A stretch of 31,638 nucleotides of DNA from an uncultured Anaerolineaceae bacterium (GCA_964420755.1 CAYQUY010000001.1:1-31638), one strand, 5' to 3'. Shown: positions 15,654 to 26,806, counted from the first letter of the stretch. Program-made: numbers and translations. The notes: a model not told the origin generated them from the sequence alone.

Positions 15654-16576
15654 TCGCCGGTGTCGACATCAGCAGGACCAGGATTACCGTCGGCATGGTT
15701 GATGAGTCCGGCCGGGTCCTGGCTCGCGCCGAGTGCCCCACGGCGGCCGAGCGCGGCCCGGCCGATGGGCTTGATCGGATCCGCACCATGATCGAGGAGA
15801 CCCGGCTGCAGGGCGACGAGGGCTTGTTCGGCATCGGCGTCGGTTGCACCGGGCCCGTCGACCCCACCACCGGCATGATCGGCAACGTGGAGTTCCTCCC
15901 GGGCTGGCAAGGCGCGAATCCGGTGGAGGCGCTCGTCTCCCGTTTCTACCTTCCGGTGGCGATCGAGAACGCCGCCGATGCCGGCGCCCTGGGCGAAGCC
16001 ATCTGGGGTTCGGGCCGGGGTGTGAACCGGTTCATCTATGTGACCATCGGCGCCGGCATCGGCGGCGGCGTGGTCCTGGATGGGCAACTCTACCGCGGCG
16101 TCGAGGGCGCCCACCCCGAGATCGGCCATCATGTCATCGATCCTTCCGGACCGGCCTGCTACTGTGGCGCACGTGGCTGCTGGGAGAGCCTGGCCAGCGG
16201 CTCGGCGATGGAGCGCTGGGCGGAGGACAACCCCCAGCCCGGACAGCCAGAGGGTGAAAGGCTGGACGCCGCAACCATCTGCGCCGCCGCCCAACGCGGC
16301 GAGGCATGGGCGCAGCCCGCGGTCGACCGGATCGGGACTTACCTCGGCCTGGGTCTGGCCAATCTCATCACCCTCTTCACCCCTGAAGTGATCGCATTGG
16401 CGGGCGGGTTGATGCGCAGCCACCTTCTCTTCTGGGATCGGATACAGGAGACCATCCGCACCACCTGCGGCCTGGTTTCGTATCAGAAGACCCGCTTGAC
16501 GCCCGCGGCGCTCGGCCCCGAGGCGGGCGTGGTTGGCGCCGCGTGCGTCTGGCTCTATCGCTTCAGGACGCTGTGA
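15650..16576 (+). CDS. ROK family sugar kinase
   Basis: GVDISRT, GIGVGCTGPVD, ENAADAGALGE, VTIGAGIGGG, EIGHH and CYCGARGCWE motifs. Confidence 0.93.
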   Translation: MIAGVDISRTRITVGMVDESGRVLARAECPTAAERGPADGLDRIRTMIEETRLQGDEGLFGIGVGCTGPVDPTTGMIGNVEFLPGWQGANPVEALVSRFYLPVAIENAADAGALGEAIWGSGRGVNRFIYVTIGAGIGGGVVLDGQLYRGVEGAHPEIGHHVIDPSGPACYCGARGCWESLASGSAMERWAEDNPQPGQPEGERLDAATICAAAQRGEAWAQPAVDRIGTYLGLGLANLITLFTPEVIALAGGLMRSHLLFWDRIQETIRTTCGLVSYQKTRLTPAALGPEAGVVGAACVWLYRFRTL

Positions 16577-16842
16577 CGATGCCAGCCAGCACCCTCGCCG
16601 CGACACCACACCTCTGCGACATCCTTGCCCAGCCGGAGGCCCTGGAGAGGATCCCGGCTGGCTTCACCGACCGCAAGGATCCGCCAGCGTTCGCCCACTA
16701 AGCGACGACGGCGTGTCAACTTGCACTGAGAGTTCCTCGTGGCGGTTGACCACTAGCGGCAAGACGACCTCCGGAAACGGTAAGGTCAGGCGGCCCACAT
16801 GGAGTCCGGCGCCAAGTGAGCAGAAGGAGAGGAAGGAGAGCG

Positions 16843-17850
16843 ATGCGGACGGTCCTTGGCGTTGACGCGGGAGCCAGCAAGACACACGCCTTGGTCGCCG
16901 ACGAAGCCGGCCACGCTCTGGGCTTTGGGCAGGGAGGCACGGCCAACCACCAGGTATGTGGTCTGGACGAGGCCATGAACCAGATCGCGCGGGCTGTCGA
17001 AGCGGCCATGGCCGAGGCCGGCCAGGCACCTGGCGGCCTCGAGGCTGGTTGCTTCTGCCTGGCCGGCGCCGACCTGCCCGAGGACTACGCCATGCTTCAG
17101 GAGGCCATTCAGGCCCGCGGCTGGGCCCGCTCCGTGATCCTCAAGAATGACACGCCAGCCGCCTTGCGGGCAGGGACGAGCCGCCCTTGGGGTGTAGTGG
17201 TGATCTGCGGCACAGGCTTCAACGCCGCCGGTCGGGCTCGGGACGGCCGCGAGATCATCCTGCCGGGCTTAGGCGCGATCTCAGGTGACTGGGGAGGCGG
17301 GCACGAGCTTGGCATGGAGACGATCCGGCAAGTCATGCGCGCCTGGGATGGGCGAGAGAAACCAACCCTCTTGACTGATCGTGTGCTTCAGACGTTCGAA
17401 GCCCCCTCGGTCGAGGCTCTCCTCCAGCGCCTGTACCACGGGGAGATCGACCAGCGCCAGGTAATGGATCTTGTACCATTGGTCTTCGAGGTCGCTCAGG
17501 CGGGGGACGAGGTCGCCCGGGAGCTGATCCAGCGCATGGGGACCGAGGTCGGTGTCACCGCCAATGCGCTCATCCGGCGGCTTTCGCTCGAGACCGAGGA
17601 AGTCGAGGTCGTGCTCGGGGGAAGCGTCTTCAAAGGAAAGGGGCCGCTGCTGATCGACACGGTCCAGGCGATGGTCCGAGGGATCGCCCCTCGAGCCCGG
17701 ATCGTCCTGCCCCGCCGGGAGCCGGTGGTTGGCGCTACCCTGATGGCCCTCGAGGCTATCGGCGTGCGAACCGACGAGACCCTCGAACAGGAACTGGAGG
17801 CCTCACTCCCGCCGAGACTGCGAATTGCCAGAGAAGATCAGGAGGACTAG
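16843..17850 (+). CDS. BadF/BadG/BcrA/BcrD-type ATPase; N-acetylglucosamine kinase-like
   Basis: VLGVDAGASKT, LAGAD, NDT, VVICGTGFNA and GDWGGG motifs; AGGAGAG RBS before ATG 16843. Confidence 0.88.
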   Translation: MRTVLGVDAGASKTHALVADEAGHALGFGQGGTANHQVCGLDEAMNQIARAVEAAMAEAGQAPGGLEAGCFCLAGADLPEDYAMLQEAIQARGWARSVILKNDTPAALRAGTSRPWGVVVICGTGFNAAGRARDGREIILPGLGAISGDWGGGHELGMETIRQVMRAWDGREKPTLLTDRVLQTFEAPSVEALLQRLYHGEIDQRQVMDLVPLVFEVAQAGDEVARELIQRMGTEVGVTANALIRRLSLETEEVEVVLGGSVFKGKGPLLIDTVQAMVRGIAPRARIVLPRREPVVGATLMALEAIGVRTDETLEQELEASLPPRLRIAREDQED

Positions 17851-19568
17851 ACCGGGATGGGCCTGCCCACCTCAGGGATTACGACCCGAACCCCCGTCCC
17901 CCGGATCAGGTCGGCCCAGAGGTCCGGCCTCTCCGTGTGAATCGGGACGAGCGTCCTCGGCCGGACTCGGCGCACGAATTCAACGAGCTCATCTGAGCCA
18001 GCATGGCCGGAGGCGTGGTAGCCCGGCTCCGGCACAACCTCGGTCACCTCTCCCCTTTCGCCGAACCTGGGCACCAGCCCAACCACCTTCAAACCCAGAT
18101 GCTTCGTCCAGTTCCACAGGCGCAGGAGATCGACCTTCTGCTCGTCGTCGTAGGCCTGGCTGTTCGAGAACACGTAGAGCCCGCCAGGCGTACCACGCAG
18201 GATGAGCTGCAGGTCGAGCAGGTCGGGCGCGTCGGTCAGGCTGAAGGCCAGAATGTAATCACCTGGCTCCCTGGCCACATCTTCCGGGCTGTGGGTGGAT
18301 GACCGGTATCTCTCGCGGACCCACGTCTCCCAGGGATTCTGTCGCGCTTTCGGGTCGTCATACAGGCCGACATGCGGATCCTGCATGACATCGGGGAGGC
18401 TTGGGTCCGCCAGGACCATTGCCCGCAGCAGGTAAGCATCCCGGGGCTGCACCAGCAGACGTCGTCCGGTTTCGGCCGCAATGCGGTCAAAGACCATCAA
18501 GCGCTCGATGTTGCGGGGGGCGAAGTCCACGACGACCAGCTGACCTGCGACGCCAGCCACCGCCCGCAGGCAGTTCTCGTAGACCTCGGTCTCGGTCGTG
18601 CGGTTAGGCTCGGTCAGCCGTGTGCCCTCGCATAGGAGAACCGTGGGCTTGAGGAGCGCCAGGCCGTCCGCAAAGGCCCAAGTCTTCGGGCCATTCTGCC
18701 CATGGAAGCGCATGTCGCCCGTGTAGCCCACCCAGCCAGCCTCGGTCTCGACGGCCGCCCCCATAGCGCCGAACAGTGAGTGGTCGACCGGCCAGTGCTG
18801 AAGCTGGAGTCCCGGCACGTCCGCCCCCCGCCGGGGCTCGAGGCTTTTGCTCGGCGGGGTCGCCCAGAACGAGCCGGCTGTCTGCAGCGGATCCTCCCCG
18901 AGCTCTCCCCTGGGCTCACCGTCGAGGAAGACCCACGGCCGGGATATGTATCCCAGGTCTCTGGCAGACTGCAGCAGTCCGTGCGCGTCCGGCAGGCGGG
19001 GGTTGACGAATGGCGCCCCCGACCTGCCTGCCTGCCCGACATCGATGAGGACCTTGCTGATGAAGGCCGTCAGGCAGGTGCTGCCAGCGGGGATGTCTGG
19101 CGAGACATACTCCAGGTCACTGATGTGATCCTGGTGGGCATGGGAGAGCAGGATCAGGTCCACCGGCAGCGCATGCTCGCGGCGCAAGTCTCGGTAGGTG
19201 CCCGGGGAATGCTGCCGGAAGTACTCCCAGAAGGAGTCGACGGCCCCGTCCTCCAACTCAACGATCTGGCGCGGCTTCCTCTGCCTTCCCGTCGGCGCCA
19301 GTTCCTGGATGCGTACGTCGTCGTCGCGCAACGCAGGGACCAGGTCCTCACGAAGCAGCCCGCGCAGCGGAGGCACCAGGCCCAGCGCCAGTGGATCGAG
19401 CAATCCCCGCGTCAAGCGTTCCTTGATGAAGACGCCGTCGAAGTAGGCACCGTACCGGCCGAAGGCCTTGCCGAAGTCGAAGAGTAGACGACGCTCTCCG
19501 TCCTCGAGCAGAATCTTGTTCCCGCCGATCTCACCGACGCTGCCGTAGCAGGTGATCGTGGTAGACAT
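17847..19568 (-). CDS. MBL-fold / beta-CASP nuclease (RNase J-like)
   Basis: EIGGNKILL, LLFDFG, SHAHQDHI, VDHS, YTGD, LCEGT, HASGH and PIHT motifs; converges on the BadF gene with a 4-nt overlap. Confidence 0.85.
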   Translation of the reverse strand: MSTTITCYGSVGEIGGNKILLEDGERRLLFDFGKAFGRYGAYFDGVFIKERLTRGLLDPLALGLVPPLRGLLREDLVPALRDDDVRIQELAPTGRQRKPRQIVELEDGAVDSFWEYFRQHSPGTYRDLRREHALPVDLILLSHAHQDHISDLEYVSPDIPAGSTCLTAFISKVLIDVGQAGRSGAPFVNPRLPDAHGLLQSARDLGYISRPWVFLDGEPRGELGEDPLQTAGSFWATPPSKSLEPRRGADVPGLQLQHWPVDHSLFGAMGAAVETEAGWVGYTGDMRFHGQNGPKTWAFADGLALLKPTVLLCEGTRLTEPNRTTETEVYENCLRAVAGVAGQLVVVDFAPRNIERLMVFDRIAAETGRRLLVQPRDAYLLRAMVLADPSLPDVMQDPHVGLYDDPKARQNPWETWVRERYRSSTHSPEDVAREPGDYILAFSLTDAPDLLDLQLILRGTPGGLYVFSNSQAYDDEQKVDLLRLWNWTKHLGLKVVGLVPRFGERGEVTEVVPEPGYHASGHAGSDELVEFVRRVRPRTLVPIHTERPDLWADLIRGTGVRVVIPEVGRPIPV

Positions 19569-19779
19569 GGCCCGTCCTCGTGCCGGCGCTTTCCGAAACC
19601 GAGTTGGCCTTGGCCCATGCGGTGACGCGCAGGACAGTCGTCACGATGGATGGTCCGGGCGGCCGACGGCCAGGACCGTGGCCAAGGAGCGGGCGGCTAG
19701 GTCATCAATCGCAGGCTTCCCCCAGAATACTACCTGCGCCCCCCATCAATGCAAGGATCCCGGCATCAGGCCCTCGTCT

Positions 19780-20472
19780 TCACGCCCCTGAAGGCTGGGC
19801 CAGATCGAAGCGTAGGTACCTTTGGGTGGCGGCCTCCAGGTTCGAGTAGACGCCGCGATAGGCCGGGGGAAGCAGCGGCGCCAACTGGTACATGATCTCG
19901 TCGAGGATCTGCTCCCGCACCTGCCGGGTCACCAAGGCTCCGCCAGGATCGATCGCAAACGGCCGCCCCACAGCGATGTGGAAGTCGCTGCGCCGGAGGC
20001 GGCGCAGGTTCTGCTTGTAGTTCTCGGCGCCGCAGTAGACAATCGGGAGAAGGGGGGCGCCACTGTGCAGCGCCAGGATGACGACGCCCGGGTGGGCCTT
20101 CTGCAGGCGGCCATGGCCGCTGCGGGTGCCCTCCGGCGAGATGATCACGATCCGGCCCTGTTTCAGCCTCTCTATTCCCTTGCGCACGGCGCCAATGTCG
20201 GCCTCGCCCCTGCGAACAGGAATGGCCTCGCATACCTCCAACAGCCATCGTGACCAGCCCGCTTTCCATCGATCGGCCTGCACAAAGCCGTGCACCGGCC
20301 TCGGCTTGAGATGGGTGTAGATAATGGGGATTTCCAGGATGTTGACGTGGTTGGTCACGATGATCAGCGGCCCCTGCCACGGCACCCGCGCCAACTGCTC
20401 GTCGTCGATGCGGCAGATCAGCGACGTCAGCCCCTTGAAGGTTGCCACGACCGCGCGCTGGGTCAGGCTCAC
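19780..20472 (-). CDS. Lysophospholipid acyltransferase (PlsC-like)
   Basis: IIVTNHVNILE, IPVRRG and ISPEGTRS motifs; GTG start overlaps the upstream TGA. Confidence 0.9.
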   Translation of the reverse strand: MSLTQRAVVATFKGLTSLICRIDDEQLARVPWQGPLIIVTNHVNILEIPIIYTHLKPRPVHGFVQADRWKAGWSRWLLEVCEAIPVRRGEADIGAVRKGIERLKQGRIVIISPEGTRSGHGRLQKAHPGVVILALHSGAPLLPIVYCGAENYKQNLRRLRRSDFHIAVGRPFAIDPGGALVTRQVREQILDEIMYQLAPLLPPAYRGVYSNLEAATQRYLRFDLAQPSGA

Positions 20473-21407
20473 GAGGCGACCTTCGCGGCAGGCACGATGA
20501 CCTCCATCTGCCGCGGCAACAGCTCGATCTCAAGCCGCTGGCCGTCAATGCACAGGATCTCGCCATCCGTCTGAGCGGGAAGCACCCCTTTGACCGCCGT
20601 GATCGAGATCCGGGCCGCCTGTCCGGTCGTGATCTCCTTCTGGGTGGACTGCGTCCCTCGTAGGAAATGGGGAATCAGGGTGAAGATCCGGATGCGGCTG
20701 ACCTCATGCGCGATGCACAGGTCGAACAGGCCATCATCCGGCTCCCCCTTCGGGGCCATGAAGAAGCCCCCACCCAGCCGCCGGCCGTTCATGACCGAGA
20801 CCATCAACGAGGGCTGGGTCAAACTCTTGCCATCGTACTCCACCGTGCTCACCGGGGCCTTGTTATACAGGAAGATGGTCTTCAGCACTGCTACCAGGTA
20901 GCTGAAGAATCCGCCCCAGCGGGGAAGCTTGGCAGCCTCGATCGTGCCGATGGCGTCGAAGCCCACGCCGACGCAGTTGGCGAAGTAGCGCCCCTGAGGA
21001 TAGAGGCCCCCGACGACCCGGCCGATGTCGATCGTCCGCCGACGGCCCTCCGCCAACACCTGGCAGGCACTTTCGAGATCCTTGGGGATGCCGATGGAGT
21101 GGGCGAAGTCGCTACCGCGGCCGGAACCCACGACGCCCATCGCCGACGTTCCCTTGCCCGCCAGCCTGGCTTCCATCAAGCCGTTGAGGACTTCGTTGGC
21201 CGTCCCGTCCCCGCCCAGGGACACGACGATTTCGAATCCCGAAGTCGCCGCCTCCTTGGCGATCTCGGCTGCGTGCCAGGGACGCTCCGTGCGAACGAGG
21301 TCAAAATCGAGCCGGTGTTCGGTCATCCATTGTTCCACTTTGGGGATGGCCCGAGCCCCCGCTCCCATCCCAGCCTTCGGGTTGGCGACGATCATCAGTC
21401 TTGTCAT
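20469..21407 (-). CDS. Diacylglycerol kinase family lipid kinase (YegS/BmrU-like)
   Basis: IVANPKAG, SLGGDGTANEV, GSGRGSDFA, IDIG, GVGFDA, GGGF and QTDGE motifs; ATG at 21407. Confidence 0.92.
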   Translation of the reverse strand: MTRLMIVANPKAGMGAGARAIPKVEQWMTEHRLDFDLVRTERPWHAAEIAKEAATSGFEIVVSLGGDGTANEVLNGLMEARLAGKGTSAMGVVGSGRGSDFAHSIGIPKDLESACQVLAEGRRRTIDIGRVVGGLYPQGRYFANCVGVGFDAIGTIEAAKLPRWGGFFSYLVAVLKTIFLYNKAPVSTVEYDGKSLTQPSLMVSVMNGRRLGGGFFMAPKGEPDDGLFDLCIAHEVSRIRIFTLIPHFLRGTQSTQKEITTGQAARISITAVKGVLPAQTDGEILCIDGQRLEIELLPRQMEVIVPAAKVAS

Positions 21408-21734
21408 TCTCTTCCCATCCTTCCGACTTCCCGGCTGACCGAACGCCGAGGCACGCGGTCGGCGGCTCTCGAACATCCGCCTCAGCCCCCGGTTCGCCCC
21501 AGGCATTCGCCTGGAATTCCTCAAGCGAGCGCAACCACCCCGTGACCGACCGTGGCACAGCGCTTGTCGCCCTACAAGGGCCGAGCTACCCACCAACTGC
21601 CCAGTCGGTCCTCAACAACGGGAGGCCCGCGACCTTCGCCGTCGTGAGGTCACTCCCGAGCGCCCGCACGAAGCCAGGTGAGGTTTCCGCGGTTTGCCGA
21701 AGGCCGACCTGCTTCAGCCGTCGGACAGGTATCC

Positions 21735-23174
21735 TCAAGCCTTCTTGCGGACCCAGACCAGGCTGACGGTGCTCAGGGCAAACAGCAATGCGTAGCAGGC
21801 GAAGATGGCGAAATACCCCAGTCCCGGCAGGTAGCCGTTCATGTAGTCCGCGATCGGGCCGCCAATGCCCTTGCCGATCATGCCTGCCCCGGCACCCGCC
21901 AGGTTCGAGATCCCGAGATACCGTCCGGCCTCGTCAGCCGGCACGAGCCCCGTGCCGAGCGCCCAGTTGGCGGTCATGAACAGGCCCGCGCCCAGTCCGA
22001 TGATGCTGGCCGCCACGTAGATCACCACCATATCCGGCACCCAGATGGCCGCCAGCAGGATAATCGAGCCCAGGGCCGATATCAGCCCACTCGCCCCAGC
22101 GACGCGCTTCGGCCCCAGCCGATCGGAAACCCAGCCCCCAGGGAGAGCCGAGAGTATGACGAACAGACCGATGACGGTCATCAGGTTGCCGTTCATGCTG
22201 GCGGCCGTTTCGGCGTTTACATTGAACGCGTACATCAGGAAGAACGGGGCGAAGCCCTGGATGGACGTGACTGCCGCCAAAAACAGTAGACGGTTGACCA
22301 CCCACCAGGTGAACGATGACTGGCGGCGGGCGTCCCGGCCGATGGTCGCCAGCGCGCCGGACCACACGCCTGCGACAACGGCAACCGCCATCGCCACCGC
22401 TCCGCCGATTCCGACACCGACGGCCAGCGCCGTCGTTCCCCCAGTGAACGGCCAGGCAATCAGCCCGGCCAGGCCGCCCAGCGCGCCACCGCCAATCAGA
22501 CCGGCGGCCGCGCCCAGGGCGATCCCCGCCAGCATGCCAAGCACTCGCAGCATCGGTATCTTCAGCGAGACAGTGGGCTTCTCCTTGAGCGGCGTCTCCT
22601 TGACGAAGACGAGCGTCAGAAGCATGGTGATCAGCAGCGTCACCGCAGTGGCGGCGATGGCCCACATCAAGTGTCCGCGGCCCACGAGTTGGGCAATCGT
22701 GAATCCAACCAGGACGATCGGCACGAGCTCCAACACGGCCTTGACAGCGGAAGCCCGGCCACGCTGATCCTCGGGGACGAGATCCGGGATCAGCCCCTGC
22801 AGCGGTCCGTGCGAGACGTTGGCCGAGAACTGGATGAGCAGGGTGGCCACCAGCAGCATCCAGTAGCTGCCGGAGAGCCCGATGGCGACCAGGAAGACGA
22901 TGTCAAACAGCACACCTACGAAGATGAAGGGCCTGCGCCGACCGAAGCGGGAGGTCGAGCGGTCCGAGAGGAGACCCGCGGCCGGCTGCACCAACATGGC
23001 GATGATCAGCCCGGCCGTGCTGATCACCCCCAGCGCCGTGTTCTGCCTGCCCGCAGGTACGAACAGAGCGACCAGGTACGGCGTAAACACCGATCCGACC
23101 GCCGTGTTGCGGATGTTCAGTCCCAGCCAGAACAGGTTGACGGTGAGATAGTCGTACCAGCGCATCCGTTTCAT
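21735..23174 (-). CDS. MFS transporter (SLC45/GPH-like)
   Basis: GLLSDRSTSRFGRRRPFI and GGWVSDRLGPKR motifs, multi-TM; GCAGGAG RBS before ATG 23174. Confidence 0.9.
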   Translation of the reverse strand: MKRMRWYDYLTVNLFWLGLNIRNTAVGSVFTPYLVALFVPAGRQNTALGVISTAGLIIAMLVQPAAGLLSDRSTSRFGRRRPFIFVGVLFDIVFLVAIGLSGSYWMLLVATLLIQFSANVSHGPLQGLIPDLVPEDQRGRASAVKAVLELVPIVLVGFTIAQLVGRGHLMWAIAATAVTLLITMLLTLVFVKETPLKEKPTVSLKIPMLRVLGMLAGIALGAAAGLIGGGALGGLAGLIAWPFTGGTTALAVGVGIGGAVAMAVAVVAGVWSGALATIGRDARRQSSFTWWVVNRLLFLAAVTSIQGFAPFFLMYAFNVNAETAASMNGNLMTVIGLFVILSALPGGWVSDRLGPKRVAGASGLISALGSIILLAAIWVPDMVVIYVAASIIGLGAGLFMTANWALGTGLVPADEAGRYLGISNLAGAGAGMIGKGIGGPIADYMNGYLPGLGYFAIFACYALLFALSTVSLVWVRKKA

Positions 23175-23306
23175 GAGGATCTCCTGCGGAATCCGGACGC
23201 CGCCGCGGCATGCCCGAAGGGCGCTGCAAGGCAACGGATTGGCAGCCGGCGGCCTGGTGATGCCGTTCGGCTCATCGGCTCGGTCCTAGCGGGCCGCTTC
23301 AACCCC

Positions 23307-23897
23307 TCACCCCGACCGAGATGAGGGCTCACCTCCGCCGTCCTCCAGGACAATGCAGCCCGCCCGGCTGGGATGATCTTCCACCAGCACGTTCCGCCCA
23401 ACCTTGCGGATAAGCCACACCACGAGGAGGTCGCCGCCAGAAGCAAACACGAAGGCCATGCCATACAGCGCCAGCAGCAGGCTCCCAACCGCCGTCCCGA
23501 CGGCGAAGGGGACGACGCCAAGCAGGATCATTGGGAGAAGGGCGCCCAGGCGGTAGGCGCCCGCCGGCAGGGGGTCGAGGGCGTGGGCATACGGCGTCAG
23601 CGTGCTCGCCGCCAAGCCGAATCGGATCCGCTTCAGAGGCAGGCGGCCAAGAAGCGCCCATGCCACCCCATGGATGACCTCGTGTACCACGATGCCCAGC
23701 AAAAGAGAGACAAGAAAGACAACCCCGCTAGCCACAGTCAGATGCGCGTTGGCCTGGCCCTCCCGCGGGGATAAGACGAGGTATACCCCGAAGAGAACTG
23801 CGAGGAGAGGCAGCGTGAGGGCCAGGGAGTACAGGTTCGCCTTCCCGAGCGAGACGGACAGGTCCTTGGCGTTAGGATGTTCCTCACTCTCTGCCAT
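23307..23897 (-). CDS. DUF3267 family putative zincin membrane peptidase
   Basis: VHEVIHG (HExxH), PYAH, LLP...G and GGD motifs with TM segments. Confidence 0.85.
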   Translation of the reverse strand: MAESEEHPNAKDLSVSLGKANLYSLALTLPLLAVLFGVYLVLSPREGQANAHLTVASGVVFLVSLLLGIVVHEVIHGVAWALLGRLPLKRIRFGLAASTLTPYAHALDPLPAGAYRLGALLPMILLGVVPFAVGTAVGSLLLALYGMAFVFASGGDLLVVWLIRKVGRNVLVEDHPSRAGCIVLEDGGGEPSSRSG

Positions 23898-23924
23898 GAC
23901 AGCGAGCTTCCTTCACGAAATGGA

Positions 23925-24764
23925 CTAGAACCCTTCCGCCCCGGCGTACCGCTCACCCGCCTCGATCCTCTGGCGAAGGTCGTTCCCGGCGGGCGGCAGC
24001 GGGCAGGTGGCATAGGGCGTGAAGGCACAGGGCGGATTGTAGGCCTTGTTGAAGTCGAGCTCAACCTTGCCCTCTCGGGGAGGCGGGGAAGTGAGAAATC
24101 GGCCTGCGGGATAGGTCGTGATCCCGCTGGTCGCGTCCCGAAAGGCGAAGAAGACCCCGTCAGCGTCGCCCGAGGAGGCGATCAGCCGTGCCGCCTGACC
24201 ATCGAGCTCGAAGACCACGTAACCGGGACTGGCACAGTCCTCGGTGTCCCCCAGGATGTCGGTGATGGAGATGCTTCTGGGCGGGTCCCAGGCGGTCCAG
24301 ACCGCGTTCACGCGGTACCGTTCCCGAATGGGAAACCATTGCCGGCCACCGAATCGCTCCCGCGCCGGATGGTTCCTGTCCCACAGCCGGATCCCGGTGC
24401 GCGCCCCCCGTCGGATGACAATCATCGTCAGGCTACCCACGGCGACCTTGGTGGGCGAGCCGGAGATGTCCGGACGGAGTTGCGCCTGCTCCGCCGGCTG
24501 GCCATCCACTGCAACCATGACGCCCCGGGAGACGCGCAGTGCCACATCGTCGCCCAGCAGCCCGAAGCTCCCGACGCATCCCGGTGCTGAGGCCGGCGGC
24601 AGCACGATGTCGCCCGCCGGGTCGGTGCCAAAGCGGTTGGGACCCTCCTTGAGCCAGTACAGCCCGGCAAGCGTCAGCCAGCCCTCGTCGGCCCGCAAGC
24701 GGGCCTCCATCTCCTGGCGCCAAGCCTGAATGTCATCATGGTAGCTGAGGGCGCCGCTATCCAA
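23925..24764 (-). CDS. DUF1684 domain protein
   Basis: GWLTLAGLYWL, FRDATSG.TTY.AGRFL and DFNKAYNPPCAFTPYATCPLPP motifs; TTG at 24764 has a GAAGGAG RBS (track start 24806). Confidence 0.9.
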   Translation of the reverse strand: MDSGALSYHDDIQAWRQEMEARLRADEGWLTLAGLYWLKEGPNRFGTDPAGDIVLPPASAPGCVGSFGLLGDDVALRVSRGVMVAVDGQPAEQAQLRPDISGSPTKVAVGSLTMIVIRRGARTGIRLWDRNHPARERFGGRQWFPIRERYRVNAVWTAWDPPRSISITDILGDTEDCASPGYVVFELDGQAARLIASSGDADGVFFAFRDATSGITTYPAGRFLTSPPPREGKVELDFNKAYNPPCAFTPYATCPLPPAGNDLRQRIEAGERYAGAEGF

Positions 24765-25149
24765 GCGAGAGTCTCCTTCCCGATGATCCCTAGTATGATA
24801 CAACACCCCCCAGAGGCGGTTCGGCTGCGGATTGCCGGACGAGGCAGATTTCGGGATAGAATGGGAAGGTTATGAGGCCCCGGCATTAGGCCTTCTTCCG
24901 GCAAACGGGCGTGACATCCGAAGCTGAGTGGCACCGACGGAGCGATGAGCCGGGCGAAGCGATCGGACACCCTTCCCCTGTTGTAGAGGGCTGAGAGACC
25001 CATCGCTGACCGGTGAGACTCGACCTCGCGACCCTGCTCCAAGTCGTTCCACTGCGTCGCTTCTGCCACACCCGAGAGCCCAGGATGAGCGCGGTGTTGA
25101 GATCCAAGCGCGCAGTTTCTGGCGGCCCGGATGGGCACGGAGAAAACGG

Positions 25150-26397
25150 ATGCTGAATCGGGTACGGGAGACCTACCACGAATATCCGCTTAAGTTCTGG
25201 GTGCTCGTTGGGGCCTCGTTCATCGACGGCGTCGGCCGGACGCTGATCAACCCGTTCTTCGCCCTGTACGTCACCCAGAAGTTCCAGGTGGGCATGACCC
25301 AGGCCGGAGCGCTGTTTGCCATCTTCTCCATCTCGGGCTTCTTCGGCAACATGCTGGGAGGTGGGCTCACCGATCGCTTCGGCCGCAAGGGCATGGTGCT
25401 CTTTGGGCTGGTCTTCAGCGCGCTGAGCAGCATCTCGATGGGCCTGGTGAGTCGGCTGACCGTCTTCTATGGGCTGGCCGCCTTTGTCGGCTTCCTCTCC
25501 GACATTGCCGGCCCGGCCCACAGCGCCATGGTCGCGGATATGCTCCCGGAGAGACAGCGCGCGGAGGGCTTTGGCGTGCTGCGCGTGGCGGGCAACCTCT
25601 CGTGGATCGTCGGCCCCACCATCGGCGGCTTGCTGGCCACCCGCTCCTTCCTCTCACTGTTCATCCTTGATGCCGTCTGCAGCCTGATCACGGCAGCCAT
25701 CGTCCTTCGTCTGATCCCGGAGACTCGACCGGAGGCGCGCGACACCGCCGCCCGCGAGTCCATGGGGCAGACCTTCCGAGGTTACGGGCGGGTGCTCTCC
25801 GACGGAGGCTACGTTGGCTTCCTTGCGATCGCGGCGATCATGAACCTCGTCTACCTCCAGCTGTACAGCACCTTCTCCGTCTTCCTCCGGGATGCCCACG
25901 GCTTCTCCCCCCGCGAGTACGGCTTCCTCATGAGCATGAATGCTGTGCTGGTCGTCGTGATGCAGTTTTGGGTGACCCGTCGGGTGAGCCGGTATCCGCC
26001 CATCGTCATGATGGCCCTCGGCTCCGTCCTGTACATGATCGGTTTCAGCCTGTTTGGCTTTGTCTCGGCCTACGCGTTGTTCGCCGCAGCCATGATCATC
26101 ATCACCATCGGCGAGATGATCGTCGTCCCCACCAGCATGGCGCTCGTGGCTCGCTTTGCCCCTGCGGACATGCGCGGCCGGTACATGGCCATCTTCTCCA
26201 TGTGCTGGACGATTCCCTCGGCCATCGGCCCTTGGGCTGCCGGCCTGATCATGGACAACTTCAGCCCGAACTGGGTGTGGTACCTGGCGGGCATGTTCTC
26301 ACTGGTGGCGGTGGTCGGCTTCCTGGCGCTCCACCTCAGGACGCGGGCCCGGCTTGCCGCCCAGCCCGAGGCGACCACGCCGGCTGCGGCCGTGTGA
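25150..26397 (+). CDS. MFS transporter (MDR-type)
   Basis: GGLTDRFGRK motif A, about 12 TM segments, APADMRGRYM. Confidence 0.92.
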   Translation: MLNRVRETYHEYPLKFWVLVGASFIDGVGRTLINPFFALYVTQKFQVGMTQAGALFAIFSISGFFGNMLGGGLTDRFGRKGMVLFGLVFSALSSISMGLVSRLTVFYGLAAFVGFLSDIAGPAHSAMVADMLPERQRAEGFGVLRVAGNLSWIVGPTIGGLLATRSFLSLFILDAVCSLITAAIVLRLIPETRPEARDTAARESMGQTFRGYGRVLSDGGYVGFLAIAAIMNLVYLQLYSTFSVFLRDAHGFSPREYGFLMSMNAVLVVVMQFWVTRRVSRYPPIVMMALGSVLYMIGFSLFGFVSAYALFAAAMIIITIGEMIVVPTSMALVARFAPADMRGRYMAIFSMCWTIPSAIGPWAAGLIMDNFSPNWVWYLAGMFSLVAVVGFLALHLRTRARLAAQPEATTPAAAV

Positions 26398-26806
26398 CGA
26401 TGCCCTGCCCGCCATAGGGGTCGCCCCGGACGGCACGTAGATTGCCGAGGCCTTCCGCTGGCACCTCGCCTGGGGCGCACGGGCGTTCCGGTCACTCCTG
26501 CCCCTGGCTCGTCTCTCGTCCAGACTCACCTGTTCTGACTTCTGGCCCCATACCGCCCGCGGGCGCGTTCGATAATCCTGCGCCAGATCGCTTGCCGGAC
26601 AGCGATCTCCTGTCCCGCCGCGACCGAAATCGGGGTCAGGGCCCCAGCCTGGAGGGTGACGGTCACAGGCTCCAAGCTCCGCTTTCGCCCCGACGCAAGC
26701 CTGCGTGACAGAAGCGGAGAATGGCTGCGAGGGATCTCATCGGATATCCACCAAATGGCTGTATACTCTGGATGCGAATGGCCGCCATGATTCGTAGGAG
26801 GCTGCT

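Noticed and set aside
21683-21698. GGCAAACCGCGGAAAC (minus), like the start of a c-di-GMP-I riboswitch; also GCGCAAAC near 9620
   Set aside because: The GAAA-capped stem does not pair and the downstream GACGCAAAGC element is missing.
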